64,000 nucleotides of DNA from Thermoplasmatota archaeon. Lineage in GTDB: Archaea > Thermoplasmatota > Penumbrarchaeia > JANQNL01. Shown here piece after piece: positions 28,882 to 39,089 of this stretch. The notes below the pieces were generated by a model. That model was not told the origin of the DNA, made no database searches, and saw nothing but the letters and a program-made list of their open reading frames with translations. Every line of letters begins with the position of its first letter. Position 1 is the stretch's first letter. The DNA is taken from assembly GCA_028279585.1 (NCBI GenBank), contig JANQNL010000009.1, forward strand, positions 9,024 to 73,023, given 5' to 3'. The position numbers were made by a program, and so were the translations under genes.

Positions 28882-28895
28882 GTAACAATTGTTAA
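28882..28895. promoter_or_regulatory. Palindromic operator-like site GTAACAATTGTTAA
   Basis: 13/14 match to the two perfect palindromes upstream of thi4; about 60 bp upstream of the LamG gene. Confidence 0.5.
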
Positions 28896-28926
28896 TTCTC
28901 ATAAGATCCAGAAGATCCTTGACGTT

Positions 28927-29088
28927 TCACCCCTCCAACCACCTAGCCTCACCCACCTCCAGCACCAGATACTGCACCGGCCCGATGACCGCCTGCTCGA
29001 CGGTCTTGCCGTCCTTTACCAGGGTGAGGCAGCTATCTGAAGCGACGATGATGTGTGAGTCCGTGCCGAGGAGGAGACAGAGGATCAT
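28927..29088 (-). pseudogene. Internally deleted proteasome-beta/Ntn-like gene (N-terminus fused to C-terminus)
   Basis: MILCLLLGTDSHIIVASDSCLT...EQAVIGPVQYLVLEVGEARWLEG*; leaderless TTTTATA promoter retained. Confidence 0.6.
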
Positions 29089-29241
29089 GTGGGTAGGGTG
29101 GATGTGAGCAGTTATAAAATTTGATGGACCCAGTTTCCACTCGAACCACAACCGACCTCTATAGCAAGCCCATCTCGATCTAACGTGCCACACTCCCAAA
29201 GAAATATAACCTAGCAACCCAATGTAATCTAATGTGATACA

Positions 29242-29541
29242 ATGACCTTGGTCCAAGTCTCCATGAGGATAGACTCCACATTGCTTGAAAAGCTTGATGA
29301 GATCGCAGAGCATGATTACAAGCGAAGGTCTGATGTCATCAGAGATGCTCTTTCAGAATATGTGAAGCATCAGGTTGAGATGGATAATATCCGGAAGATG
29401 CTTGTGACCCAATTTCTCGAGGGTAAGATCACTTTTGATGAGATAGCTCACATATTGGGACTTGAGACCGCAAGGGACCTGGAGATGGCACGCTCAAAGC
29501 TGAAGGAGAGCATCGAGAGTGCCAAAAGAGATTCGAAATGA
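29242..29541 (+). CDS. Ribbon-helix-helix (CopG-like) antitoxin
   Basis: VQVSMRIDSTLLEKLDEIA....RSDVIRDAL; G.ITFDEIAHILG. Confidence 0.82.
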   Translation: MTLVQVSMRIDSTLLEKLDEIAEHDYKRRSDVIRDALSEYVKHQVEMDNIRKMLVTQFLEGKITFDEIAHILGLETARDLEMARSKLKESIESAKRDSK

Positions 29542-30076
29542 AAAAGGAACAACTGTTGTTGTCGGAGATACATCAGCCCTAGTATAACTTGAGTTCGGTG
29601 AGGTCCTAAAGCCATCGTTCGAAATGATCCGATATCTCATTCCAGAAGAGGTCAGATCGGAACTTCAGGCAATGGCGGCCTTTTTTGATGCGCATGGCTC
29701 TGTGGCTAGCTCCATCCTTGACCTGATAGATGGTGAGAGACTTTGTTCAATGTCTATGCACCGTTCGGATGAGCTGGATGATATTCTGGCGAACTATCGT
29801 TCGTTAGATAGAGGTGAGGTTGCAGGGATGTTATTAGCACGTGAGCAAGAAGTGAGCATCCTACTTTCTGATGATGTAAAAGCAATGAGAAACCTAAGAT
29901 CCCTTGCAGGTGATATAGAGGTTCATTTATCAACATATATCATTGCACGTTCGGTCCTTTCCGGGACCATTTCGAAACAAGAAGCGATGGTATCATTGGA
30001 TCGGATCGCACGCCATAGAACTTGGATCGATGCTCCGATCTTTGAAATGGCCAAGACATATATCAAAGACCTATAG
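29519..30076 (+). pseudogene. PIN-domain protein interrupted by an in-frame TAA at 29585-29587
   Basis: GTG start, VVVGDTSALV*LEFG.. in frame with IPEEVRSEL..LDRGE..LLSDD. Confidence 0.75.
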
Positions 30077-30152
30077 AGATAAATGGCCGCCTGGTTCCAA
30101 AAGACCTTTTACCTGCTCCACCGTTCTTCCTACTCATCCCGGGGATATCGTC

Positions 30153-32363
30153 ATGGAGCAGGAAGGTAACGGATCATTAGAGGAACTTGCTCGTCAGGAT
30201 AAGGAAGCTCGGACCAAGGAGATGCTGAACCGTAAAGCACGGGACCTCGAATCGTTATCTAAAGCTGGTCGACCTGATAAGGCTCTGGAAGAACTGTACA
30301 AACTCCTTCAAACATATCCTGACAATGAGGACCTTCTCAAGCTGAAGAAATGGTTCGATGATGGAGGGCCTTTTCTGCCATATGCTACTCGCGAGATGGT
30401 GGAAAAGGAGAAGCTTGAGGAACGGCTGAAAAAGATCAAAGCAGAGCGTGGATCGTACAAAGAGTTCTTTGAGCAGAGACCTCCCCTCGAGAAAGCCAAG
30501 CGTTACTTCCGCATGACAATGTTCAACCAAGCCCTCCAATATATCGATGAGGTCCTGAAGAATGACCCATCGAACAAGGAAGTCCTGGCCATCAAGGACC
30601 GATGTATACACAATGTCAAGCTGTTTCCTCACGATCCATTCTCTCCAGAAAATGATGACGAGCTCACACAGCTTCTGGACAAGGCAACGACACTCCAGAA
30701 GAAAGGACACTACGAGAATGCCATCTATTACTACGAGGAGTATGTCATCGCTGGTGGAAATCCTGAGCTTGCCGACAACGAGATATACAACTGCATCAAG
30801 AAGAACGACTCACGGAAGTTCGAGGCAGAGATCCGTGCAGGACATATCCTCGTGGACCCACCCCCAGGCGGATATCCCGAACCTTCCATCCAGTATGAAA
30901 AGATCAGTACAGGTACGGGATTGATAGATGGGTTCTTTGGGGGTGGATTGGACCTTAGGCGCAATATCCTTGTCAGGGGTCCAGATCTATCTGGAAGGAG
31001 ATTGATGATCTATCGGTTCATGGCCAAAGGATTGAAGCAACATCTGCACGCCTTCTTCTATCTTCTGAGTTCGGACTACAGAGAAGTCAAACAAGATATG
31101 AGGATGGTCCTTCCCGAGTTCGACCAGTTCATCAAGGAAGGGCTCGTGCATTTTGTTCAGGTCTCTGAGGACCAAGAGGCAACCAGAGAGGGAACAGATG
31201 AGGCCGTTCATATCGTTGAGAAAGAGGGGTACATGGAGGGTATAATAAGGGCACATAGTGACCTGTTCAAACAACGAATGGACTCCACCAGGGTAAGACA
31301 AGCATTCCTTTCCGTAGACGTACTGGAGGGGTATGAAGAGATCTCAAGACTCTTCAAGTTCATGCAGAACTTCACATCTCGCTCCAGGAGGAGAGGGGCT
31401 CAGACAATGTATGAGATACGTACAGAACTTGATGAAGAGGATGAAAGGATCAAACCAACCCTCGATGCACTATCACATCTTGTGGATCATACGCTTACCT
31501 TCGAGATCGAGGACAATTCGACATTCATAAAGGTCGGACCAAAACCAGAGAAGCTCCAGGGTCGATACAGAAAAGAGTTCAACCTCGGTGGGCTTGCACT
31601 TCATGGCCTAGAAGAAGAGAAGCAGGAACCAGTAGAACTGAAATTGATCAAGCAAGACCCAGAACCTCAGATCATTGATGAGAGTGCAAGGGTAGAGGTG
31701 GAACTTTCCAATCATCCCGAGACATGGGCGTTCGAGTTCAGGGAGAAGAACAGGGACCATCACTTCAAGGGTATCGTGAAAGAGATAGATCACACTGATA
31801 ATGGTGACGGCAAAGAACGTCCTGCAAGGTTGATATGCAGCAATGAGAAGTATCCAAAATACACAATGGAAGTTCTCTGCAAATGGCCAGACCAATTCCC
31901 CTTCCCGTTCAAGATCGGAGACACCATAGAATACTTCTCGAAAAGACCCGGGGTCTTTGAATGTGCAGAATATGGAGAGACCGAAATCGTCACTGATGGA
32001 TCTGGCACGACCATATTCGTTCGTTCTCCTGGTTCCAGAATGGAGCTTATTCCTGGTTGGAGGATGAGGTTCGGCAAGCATTATGGTCAGTACGATCCAA
32101 CATCAGGAACGAAGTCTGTCGAGGTGATCCTGCGACATATGGACAACGAGATCAGCCTGAAGGATGAGTGGGGGACCTTGGATGCTCCCGATGGAACATG
32201 GCTGGTCTTTTCCCAAGTAAGAGATGTTTACGAACCACAGGAGGGTATCGATTGGCCAGAGGGGGAGAAAAGACCGTTCGGTGTGAAAGGTTGGCCATAT
32301 GGCTGGAGCAAACTGGAGCTTGTGAACCTGTCTGCTCATGCACGTAAGCGGATCGAGCCGTGA
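30153..32363 (+). CDS. TPR repeats + degenerate KaiC/RAD55-like ATPase + unknown C-terminal domain
   Basis: TPR-like helices; ISTGTGLIDGFFGGG..ILVRGPDLSGRR (Walker A lysine lost)..LSHLVD. Confidence 0.72.
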   Translation: MEQEGNGSLEELARQDKEARTKEMLNRKARDLESLSKAGRPDKALEELYKLLQTYPDNEDLLKLKKWFDDGGPFLPYATREMVEKEKLEERLKKIKAERGSYKEFFEQRPPLEKAKRYFRMTMFNQALQYIDEVLKNDPSNKEVLAIKDRCIHNVKLFPHDPFSPENDDELTQLLDKATTLQKKGHYENAIYYYEEYVIAGGNPELADNEIYNCIKKNDSRKFEAEIRAGHILVDPPPGGYPEPSIQYEKISTGTGLIDGFFGGGLDLRRNILVRGPDLSGRRLMIYRFMAKGLKQHLHAFFYLLSSDYREVKQDMRMVLPEFDQFIKEGLVHFVQVSEDQEATREGTDEAVHIVEKEGYMEGIIRAHSDLFKQRMDSTRVRQAFLSVDVLEGYEEISRLFKFMQNFTSRSRRRGAQTMYEIRTELDEEDERIKPTLDALSHLVDHTLTFEIEDNSTFIKVGPKPEKLQGRYRKEFNLGGLALHGLEEEKQEPVELKLIKQDPEPQIIDESARVEVELSNHPETWAFEFREKNRDHHFKGIVKEIDHTDNGDGKERPARLICSNEKYPKYTMEVLCKWPDQFPFPFKIGDTIEYFSKRPGVFECAEYGETEIVTDGSGTTIFVRSPGSRMELIPGWRMRFGKHYGQYDPTSGTKSVEVILRHMDNEISLKDEWGTLDAPDGTWLVFSQVRDVYEPQEGIDWPEGEKRPFGVKGWPYGWSKLELVNLSAHARKRIEP

Positions 32364-32372
32364 AAGGTAGCC

Positions 32373-35300
32373 TCAGTCCCACTTCTTCGGCTCTTCCCCA
32401 GGCGGTAACTGCTTCTGGTCCGGTTTCGGTGCCTGTGCTCCGGCATCCGGTGCCGCTGTCGTCGCAGCAACCTGTGGCGTATCATCAGGTGGAGGGAAGT
32501 TCGACTTATCATCCGGTGGAGGGAACTCGCTCTCATCCTCCGGTGGCGGATAGTGGTCATCCATGTTCGGTTTCTCATCCGCTGGGGACACATGCTCTGC
32601 CATGTTGTCCTTGAACTCGGAGTCCGAGACTATCTCTGCCTCGATGTACTCCACTTCCTTCTTCTGCTCCGGCTCGGCCTGTGCAGGCTCTGCAGGTTTC
32701 TCCTCGACCTTTGGCGCAGGCTGGGCAGCAGCTGAGGCCTGCTTCTTTGCACGACGGCTTGCAGCCATCCTGCTGACCGTGACCGAGATGACCACCACGA
32801 GCATGATTATGACGATTATGATTATGAACAAGATGAACATTATCAGGATGACTATGATGTAGAAGATGTCCGGAAGACCATCATCGCTTGTGTTGGTGTT
32901 CCACCTGTCGTAGTCGTTCTTCTCATCCTCGTAATCGTCCAGGTCGTCCTGTGTGGCATCAGAGCCGTTGAGTGGGTCAAGGCCGTTCTTGAGCTCCCAC
33001 CAGTCGGGAAGTCCATCGCTATCGGTGTCTGTCTCGTCACCGCCCTGGACCTTCCAGTCGTCGTCGATACCATCGCCGCCGTCCGTACCATCGGTCCCAT
33101 CTCCTCCATCGCCACCGTCTCCTCCGTCGCCACCGTCACCGCCATCTCCTCCATCGCCACCATCCCCACCGTCGCCACCATCACCGCCATCGGTACCGTC
33201 TGTGCCGTCCCCTCCATCACCGCCATCGCCACCGTCATCAGGAGCTCCGGGCACGTATGGGACAGTGATGAACTGGATACAGACATCAGAGGTGTTCATT
33301 CCATCAGTGACAACAAGGGTCACGATGTACGTCTTGTTGATGCTCAATGGGACGTAGGAGTGATCTATGGTCGCTCCTTCTCCAGAGTTCCCATCACCGA
33401 AGTTCCACTGATAAGTAAGGGTCGTAGAGTCAGGGTCGTCCGCAGCATTTGCGTTGAATGTGATGTTATTACTATTGTCCGGGTCCACGATGTAGGTGAA
33501 GTTGTTGTTGGTCGGGGGTGTGTTCACCAGGATCAGGGTCAGAGTGAACGTGTTCGAACTAACATCGTTCTCACCATCGTCTGCTGTGAAGTACACATCC
33601 GTAAGCGACGAATCCCCATCTGTGGGTGACCACGAAGCAACGTTCGTCACAGCATCGATGTCGATCTCTGGGTTGTTGCAGGTGAACGTCAAGCCGCCTT
33701 CCTCGTCCCAGAAGTGGTCGTCCAGGTCGATGCTCCATATCTGGCCCTTGACGACGTCCGCGTCAGAGATGGTCAGGTTGAAGACCGGCAGGTCGTTGAC
33801 ACTGACGTACGTAAGATCGATGGCAGGTGCTGAAACGTTCATGGAGCTGTTGTCCGCATCGATGGCTGCGAACACCACATCCTCCAATGAGTCAGCATCG
33901 TTGGCTGGTGTCCAAGATGCAGAACCATTGGCGTGGATGGTGATCTCCGGTTCACTGCACCAGAACGTAAGACCAGCTGCGTCCTCCTCGTCGTCGAAGC
34001 ACTCGGTAAGGAAGACCCGCCATGTGGTCTCCTCGTACACATCTGTGTCGTTCAATCCACCAAGGTATTCAGGCATGTCGTTGACAGGGATGAACGTCAG
34101 GGTTATCCCCAAAGAATCCACGGTCAATGCGCCGTTGTCTGCATCCGTGGCTGTGAAGACCACGTTAGAAAGCGTAGCATCACCTTCTACAGGCGACCAC
34201 TCCGCTGTCCCGTTCGGATGTACCGTGATCTCAGAATGACTACATGAGAACGTCAATCCAGCATCGTCCTCGAAGTCATAGAACACCTCGTGGAGGTCCA
34301 CCAACCATGTGGTGTCCTCTTCCACGGAGGTATCGTTCATCGGACCGACATAGTATGGCTCGAAGTTCCGGGCGTCCAGATAGACGAGCAGCTTGTAATA
34401 GGTCCAGAGAAGGTTGTTCGAGGTATCGTAGACCTCGACATAGAAGTTATACAATCCAGCAGTATCTGTGGAGTAGTACCAGCTGTGATAGTCGTACTCA
34501 TAGCCATGGACCGTATAGTTATCGTAGGCAATGCCCACCAGGCCCCCACCATTGGCATAGACCTCGATCACCACTTTCACATCGTAGTGATGCGAGGTCG
34601 AGTCGATGTCATAGAATATCTCGGCAGTGTCAGGATCGGACCCTCTGCCATCCAAGTTGAAGGTATCGACACCCACATCCCAGATGAGAGTCTCGTTGAC
34701 CTCGAGATAGATGGGGTCGTAATACAAAGCCTCCTCGATGTTCCCGAACGCGTCCTCAACAAAGAGCCGGAACGTGAACCATCCAGAGCTCAGAGCAGAG
34801 ACGGTGATGGAGCGCTGGTCTGCAGCTGCACCGGACACAGTGTAATTGTCATAGAAGGTCGTGATGTAGACACCTGTGTCGTTGTACACATCCAATGAAA
34901 CACTGACGGACTCGGAGCTGTTGCCTGAATCCACATCGTAGTACATATTGAAGGTCTCGAAGAACCCATCGAAGTCGTCATCACTGATCGTACCATAGGT
35001 GGAAGCCCTGTAGAACTCCTCGTTCTCACCACCGTTGTCGGTCTCCATCCAGCAGTTGTAGATTATTTCAAAGTCCCGAACATATCCGCTGGCATCTATC
35101 AAGTATACGACGTAGATGAAGTTGTCACGACCACCGCTTAGTGTGAACACGATGTTGCGCTCGTCAACACTGGTCCCAGTGGTGAGCCATGAGTCGGACT
35201 GAGAGCCTCTCTCTGTGAACGTGTAGTCGTAAACGTAGACCCACAGATAGACTGTCTCTGAAGACAGCGTTGTGTCCACATCGTAGTAGGTTGTTATCCT

Positions 35301-36728
35301 GTCGTTGAATCCATCTGCGTCACTGTCGTCCATGACACAGTAAGCATCCTTCAGGTATGACGTGGCTGTGATGAAGTTGAGGTCCATGGTAGAGCCTGAA
35401 GCGGAGAAGCTCGTCATCGATATGGCTGTACCCGAGCCACTGTTGTCGTCATTGTTAGGTGTCGATGAACTTGTGAAGCCTGTTCGAAGGAACCATGGAT
35501 CACCATCATCGCCTCGGTTCTGACTATCGTCTAGGTCCGTCCTCCCATCAGCTTCCTCAAGGTCCACACGCTTGTGGCTTTCATCGTCATTGACGTTGTT
35601 GGCAGCTATTGACCCGACGTTGTCGTCGATATGCCATATCAATATCCCTTCACCAGGCAGGTTAGAATCATAACCGGTCTGCTGCCTGTTCTCTATCAGG
35701 AAATATTCGTTCGTGTTCAGAACGACCTTCAATGCCACTGCGTTCGTCTCTACCTGCTGCAAGGTCCTGTCAATGGACTGACCGGATACGACCGTTGGTG
35801 TGATCCAGCCAAGCTGGACCTTGGACCAGGCACAGAGGTGAGCGGGTGTGTTGCCACCGCCCAGCCATCCTCCGGAGCCCATGAGCCCCCATTCGCCGAT
35901 ACCCTCGGACGAACCATCAGTATCATACAGGTCTGGAAGACCGAGGTCGTGGCCGAACTCGTGGGCAAAGACACCCATGACGGTCTTTTCCGACTGCATC
36001 ATGTATCCCACGGTGTCGGTATCTGTTGCGCGGGTTGTGAACCGGACACCATCAACTGAAGCATCTGTGAACCCTGTGTAACCCTGGCCGTGCATGATCC
36101 ACCTGTGGGACCAGATGTCGTTACCGACACCGGAGCTTGCCTGATCATTGCCGGCCGCTATGATACAGATGTGGACCTCGTCGGTCTGCAGGACGTTGTC
36201 ACCATCCGTATCGTAGGTTGAGAAGTCAATGTCCTTGTCTGCAAGGAGTATAGCTTCACGAGCAAGGGCGTTGATGTAACCGTTCTTGTCATCTATCCCG
36301 GTGGTGCTGTCTGCACCGTAGAAGGTATGGCTTTTAGAGCTTCGATACCAACCGGACCCAGCCACTGTTCCTGTCACGGTCAGCTGGTTGTAGGAGACCT
36401 CGGAATAGTAGTTCCTCATGCTTCCTGCCATTGTGCCGAAGAGCAGGTTGTTGAAGTATGCCTTGGTCTTGACACCAGGCAGGTCGTCGAAGTCCACCAT
36501 GATGGCGATGATGGTCTCAGTACCGGTTATCCTTCCCTGCCTTGATGCAGGAACGCTTTTGGAGATGGGGAAGACATCGACAGTGTCGATGACCTCCATA
36601 TCTGTCCCATCTGTGATCTCTGGCATCACAGCAAGCTGTGCTGTACCAGTGGATGTCATCACTATCAGTGAGACCAGAAGAAGAAGGGTCGTGATAGCAA
36701 GACAAGTGAGCTTTCTCGAATTAAGCAT
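32373..36728 (-). CDS. Membrane-anchored M6 (immune inhibitor A-like) metalloprotease with Ig-like/PKD domains
   Basis: SMRNYYSEVS, IWSHRW, HEFGHDLGLPDLYD, LMGSGGW, EYFLIENRQ, GILIWHID; YQWNFGDG PKD; DTDSDGLPDWWE; TM. Confidence 0.92.
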   Translation of the reverse strand: MLNSRKLTCLAITTLLLLVSLIVMTSTGTAQLAVMPEITDGTDMEVIDTVDVFPISKSVPASRQGRITGTETIIAIMVDFDDLPGVKTKAYFNNLLFGTMAGSMRNYYSEVSYNQLTVTGTVAGSGWYRSSKSHTFYGADSTTGIDDKNGYINALAREAILLADKDIDFSTYDTDGDNVLQTDEVHICIIAAGNDQASSGVGNDIWSHRWIMHGQGYTGFTDASVDGVRFTTRATDTDTVGYMMQSEKTVMGVFAHEFGHDLGLPDLYDTDGSSEGIGEWGLMGSGGWLGGGNTPAHLCAWSKVQLGWITPTVVSGQSIDRTLQQVETNAVALKVVLNTNEYFLIENRQQTGYDSNLPGEGILIWHIDDNVGSIAANNVNDDESHKRVDLEEADGRTDLDDSQNRGDDGDPWFLRTGFTSSSTPNNDDNSGSGTAISMTSFSASGSTMDLNFITATSYLKDAYCVMDDSDADGFNDRITTYYDVDTTLSSETVYLWVYVYDYTFTERGSQSDSWLTTGTSVDERNIVFTLSGGRDNFIYVVYLIDASGYVRDFEIIYNCWMETDNGGENEEFYRASTYGTISDDDFDGFFETFNMYYDVDSGNSSESVSVSLDVYNDTGVYITTFYDNYTVSGAAADQRSITVSALSSGWFTFRLFVEDAFGNIEEALYYDPIYLEVNETLIWDVGVDTFNLDGRGSDPDTAEIFYDIDSTSHHYDVKVVIEVYANGGGLVGIAYDNYTVHGYEYDYHSWYYSTDTAGLYNFYVEVYDTSNNLLWTYYKLLVYLDARNFEPYYVGPMNDTSVEEDTTWLVDLHEVFYDFEDDAGLTFSCSHSEITVHPNGTAEWSPVEGDATLSNVVFTATDADNGALTVDSLGITLTFIPVNDMPEYLGGLNDTDVYEETTWRVFLTECFDDEEDAAGLTFWCSEPEITIHANGSASWTPANDADSLEDVVFAAIDADNSSMNVSAPAIDLTYVSVNDLPVFNLTISDADVVKGQIWSIDLDDHFWDEEGGLTFTCNNPEIDIDAVTNVASWSPTDGDSSLTDVYFTADDGENDVSSNTFTLTLILVNTPPTNNNFTYIVDPDNSNNITFNANAADDPDSTTLTYQWNFGDGNSGEGATIDHSYVPLSINKTYIVTLVVTDGMNTSDVCIQFITVPYVPGAPDDGGDGGDGGDGTDGTDGGDGGDGGDGGDGGDGGDGGDGGDGGDGGDGTDGTDGGDGIDDDWKVQGGDETDTDSDGLPDWWELKNGLDPLNGSDATQDDLDDYEDEKNDYDRWNTNTSDDGLPDIFYIIVILIMFILFIIIIVIIMLVVVISVTVSRMAASRRAKKQASAAAQPAPKVEEKPAEPAQAEPEQKKEVEYIEAEIVSDSEFKDNMAEHVSPADEKPNMDDHYPPPEDESEFPPPDDKSNFPPPDDTPQVAATTAAPDAGAQAPKPDQKQLPPGEEPKKWD
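33068..33240 (-). repeat. Coding (GGD)n / GTD low-complexity stalk
   Basis: Long Gly-Gly-Asp run with varied codons in the M6 protease. Confidence 0.8.
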
Positions 36729-36852
36729 AGCAAACCCTCGCAGACCAAGCTTAGCTTAGTATTTTATGAGTGAGATTGAAATTCATACATAAAGCAATGC
36801 CATTATTGTGTGCTTGATATGTCAAAATCGGGGGTAGATCAATCCCATTGGT

Positions 36853-37440
36853 CTACTCGAACCTGTCATTGAGAATTCTCATCCTATCTTCTGTGATATC
36901 CTCTGCCAACAGACCGAAAACGAGTTGGTCGAACTCCTTCCCTTTCTTACTGTGGAACTTTCGTCTGGTTCCTTCGTAGTTGAATCCACACTTCTCCATC
37001 ATCTTGCGGGAGTTGGGGTTGTTGGATTGACAGTCACCATTGAGCCTTCGTGCATCCAGAACAGAGAAAGCATAGAAGATGAGGAACTCACACGCCGTGG
37101 TCCCGTAGCCTTTCCTCCAGTGCCCATCATCTGTCTGGACACCGACGATGTAAGAACCAGGATGAAATGGGAGTGGCTCCAATGCGCACTCACCGATGTA
37201 GTTCCCATCCTTGGCCCGGATGGTGAACGAGGGGACCTTCGGCAGCTCATCTTTCTCGATCGCATCTGCAATACCCTTGACCACGCGATCGAAGTATCCA
37301 TGGGTCTGTTCTGGAGTGTTGGGGCCAAAGAACATCGTCTTCGTAACAGACTCTTTGGCAAGCATCAGAACAAGGTCATCCATATCACTTTCGACCTGAT
37401 AATTGAACACCAGCTCATCACTTTCCCATCTGATCCTCAT
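36853..37440 (-). CDS. RimJ/RimL-type GNAT N-acetyltransferase
   Basis: HWRKGYGT, NPNSRKMMEKCGF.YEG.RR; likely start MRIRW. Confidence 0.85.
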   Translation of the reverse strand: MRIRWESDELVFNYQVESDMDDLVLMLAKESVTKTMFFGPNTPEQTHGYFDRVVKGIADAIEKDELPKVPSFTIRAKDGNYIGECALEPLPFHPGSYIVGVQTDDGHWRKGYGTTACEFLIFYAFSVLDARRLNGDCQSNNPNSRKMMEKCGFNYEGTRRKFHSKKGKEFDQLVFGLLAEDITEDRMRILNDRFE

Positions 37441-37444
37441 ACCA

Positions 37445-38410
37445 TCACACTCCCGGTGTCTCAGCAACAGCAGCAAAGAAACCCGGTGTCGGCAGATAGT
37501 ACCACCTATCCCCGAATCGCTCCTTCTTGTAGCTCTCGATAAGACACGAGGTGTACATATATAGCACCATCTTCGTCCCCATCTCCTCCCTCCAGCTCTT
37601 CCACCCGCCCTTCTTCCGAAAAGCCGTGACACTGCTGGTGCCCTTGTGCACACCCCCAGCGCTGTCAAGTGTGCCTACCGTGAACTTGCCCTCCTCCTTG
37701 CACGTGACATCCACGCTTGGAAGCGACGTTACCTCTGGTGCTCTCTCATCCCTGTAGTAGAATACAGACATGCCTACGTTGTGTCCATACGGCATGTTGT
37801 TGTCGAACTCCACCTCGTAGCCTACCTTCTTCTGGTCCTCGAAGATCCTGAAACCATTGACCGTGAAGTAGGAACGGAGTTCGTCCATGTACTTGACGAT
37901 ATCAAGCTGGATATCAGAAAGCTTCGCCCGTGCTTCTGGAACCCCCAGAAGATGCAGGGTCTGCAGAAGCTCATCATCCCTGGTCAAAAGACTTGGCATG
38001 AACCAGTCGGTGTCCACCATCAGGTCCACCATGCGTGGGTCTGTCCAGATCCTCTCATACTCCGGCTGGACCGGACGCATGCGCAGCCTGTCCCTCAAAG
38101 ATATCAGGAGGGCTTTGTCAACAGAGAAGGAGCGCTCGTTCCATGGGGTGTGTGGTTCTTCCAATGCCTCGCCAAAGACACCGTCGTTGTCAGCGCACCA
38201 CGCAGATACCGCAAGCCATTCGTCAAGGTCGTCCATGTGATAGAACCACAGGCGCAGCTCCTGCTTGGCCGCGAGATACTCCTTGTAGGTGTCCGAGGGC
38301 CAGAAGTCGAAGTCCGAATCGGTCCAGCCTGGGTCGTCCTTGGCTACAGCCTCGAGCTTGCGGAGTGCTTCCACACGGGTCGAAAGTTCCTTCCCGACAT
38401 CCCTAGGCAT
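37445..38410 (-). CDS. Hypothetical protein
   Basis: Long ORF with host-like codon usage, ending 4 bp before the GNAT start. Confidence 0.7.
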   Translation of the reverse strand: MPRDVGKELSTRVEALRKLEAVAKDDPGWTDSDFDFWPSDTYKEYLAAKQELRLWFYHMDDLDEWLAVSAWCADNDGVFGEALEEPHTPWNERSFSVDKALLISLRDRLRMRPVQPEYERIWTDPRMVDLMVDTDWFMPSLLTRDDELLQTLHLLGVPEARAKLSDIQLDIVKYMDELRSYFTVNGFRIFEDQKKVGYEVEFDNNMPYGHNVGMSVFYYRDERAPEVTSLPSVDVTCKEEGKFTVGTLDSAGGVHKGTSSVTAFRKKGGWKSWREEMGTKMVLYMYTSCLIESYKKERFGDRWYYLPTPGFFAAVAETPGV

Positions 38411-38497
38411 ATAGAGCAGGAGGTAGTGTTTGCATAAAATACTTGCCTGGAAATTGTAACCATGGGAATTATAAACCACCCCATCTATCAGCATACA

Positions 38498-39034
38498 ATG
38501 AAGCGGGCCATCCCATTCCTGATACTCTTGGTGTTCCTTGCAGGATGTACGACCACGACTACAGAGACCGTGGAGTACGAACCAGGGATCATCGAAGTCA
38601 CTTTCTTCGAAGGTACCAGAGTGTCCCAGGCCCAGACCTTACTGCTCAACCACAGCCTTACCTTGCCTGATGATGTCCTCAACACCATCTCTGCAGTTGC
38701 TGTGATGGTGGACCAGGACATGGTGGCAGAGATCGAGGCCGTTATCATCAACTACACCAGGGTCATCGATGCCTACAGCTGTAACTGCTCCGAGGCAAAG
38801 ATCACTGTGAGCTTCACAGGGCTTGTGTCGCAGCTGTTCGTCGATGAGATGGTCTCGCAGTTCGTCAACGCCAGTGTTCTTGAGAACGGTGAGTATCTGG
38901 AGAAGACCACTGTTTCTGGACCGCTACAGATAACGGTCGAGGTCGGAACTGAACAGGCCATCATCGATACTTTGACCGCGGATCCACTCGTATCAGCTAC
39001 TATCAGGATAGAAAAGGTCTCTCCTGAAGAGTAG
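38498..39034 (+). CDS. Lipoprotein
   Basis: MKRAIPFLILLVFLAGC lipobox; leaderless TTATAAA promoter. Confidence 0.75.
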   Translation: MKRAIPFLILLVFLAGCTTTTTETVEYEPGIIEVTFFEGTRVSQAQTLLLNHSLTLPDDVLNTISAVAVMVDQDMVAEIEAVIINYTRVIDAYSCNCSEAKITVSFTGLVSQLFVDEMVSQFVNASVLENGEYLEKTTVSGPLQITVEVGTEQAIIDTLTADPLVSATIRIEKVSPEE

Positions 39035-39089
39035 TCCAATCATTATCCTTTTTAACCGACACTACAATTCCCCTAACCGAGGGTTTATC

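Noticed and set aside
33068-33240. Tandem repeat that could be taken for a CRISPR array or VNTR
   Set aside because: It is a codon-degenerate Gly-Gly-Asp coding run with no constant repeat and spacer pattern.
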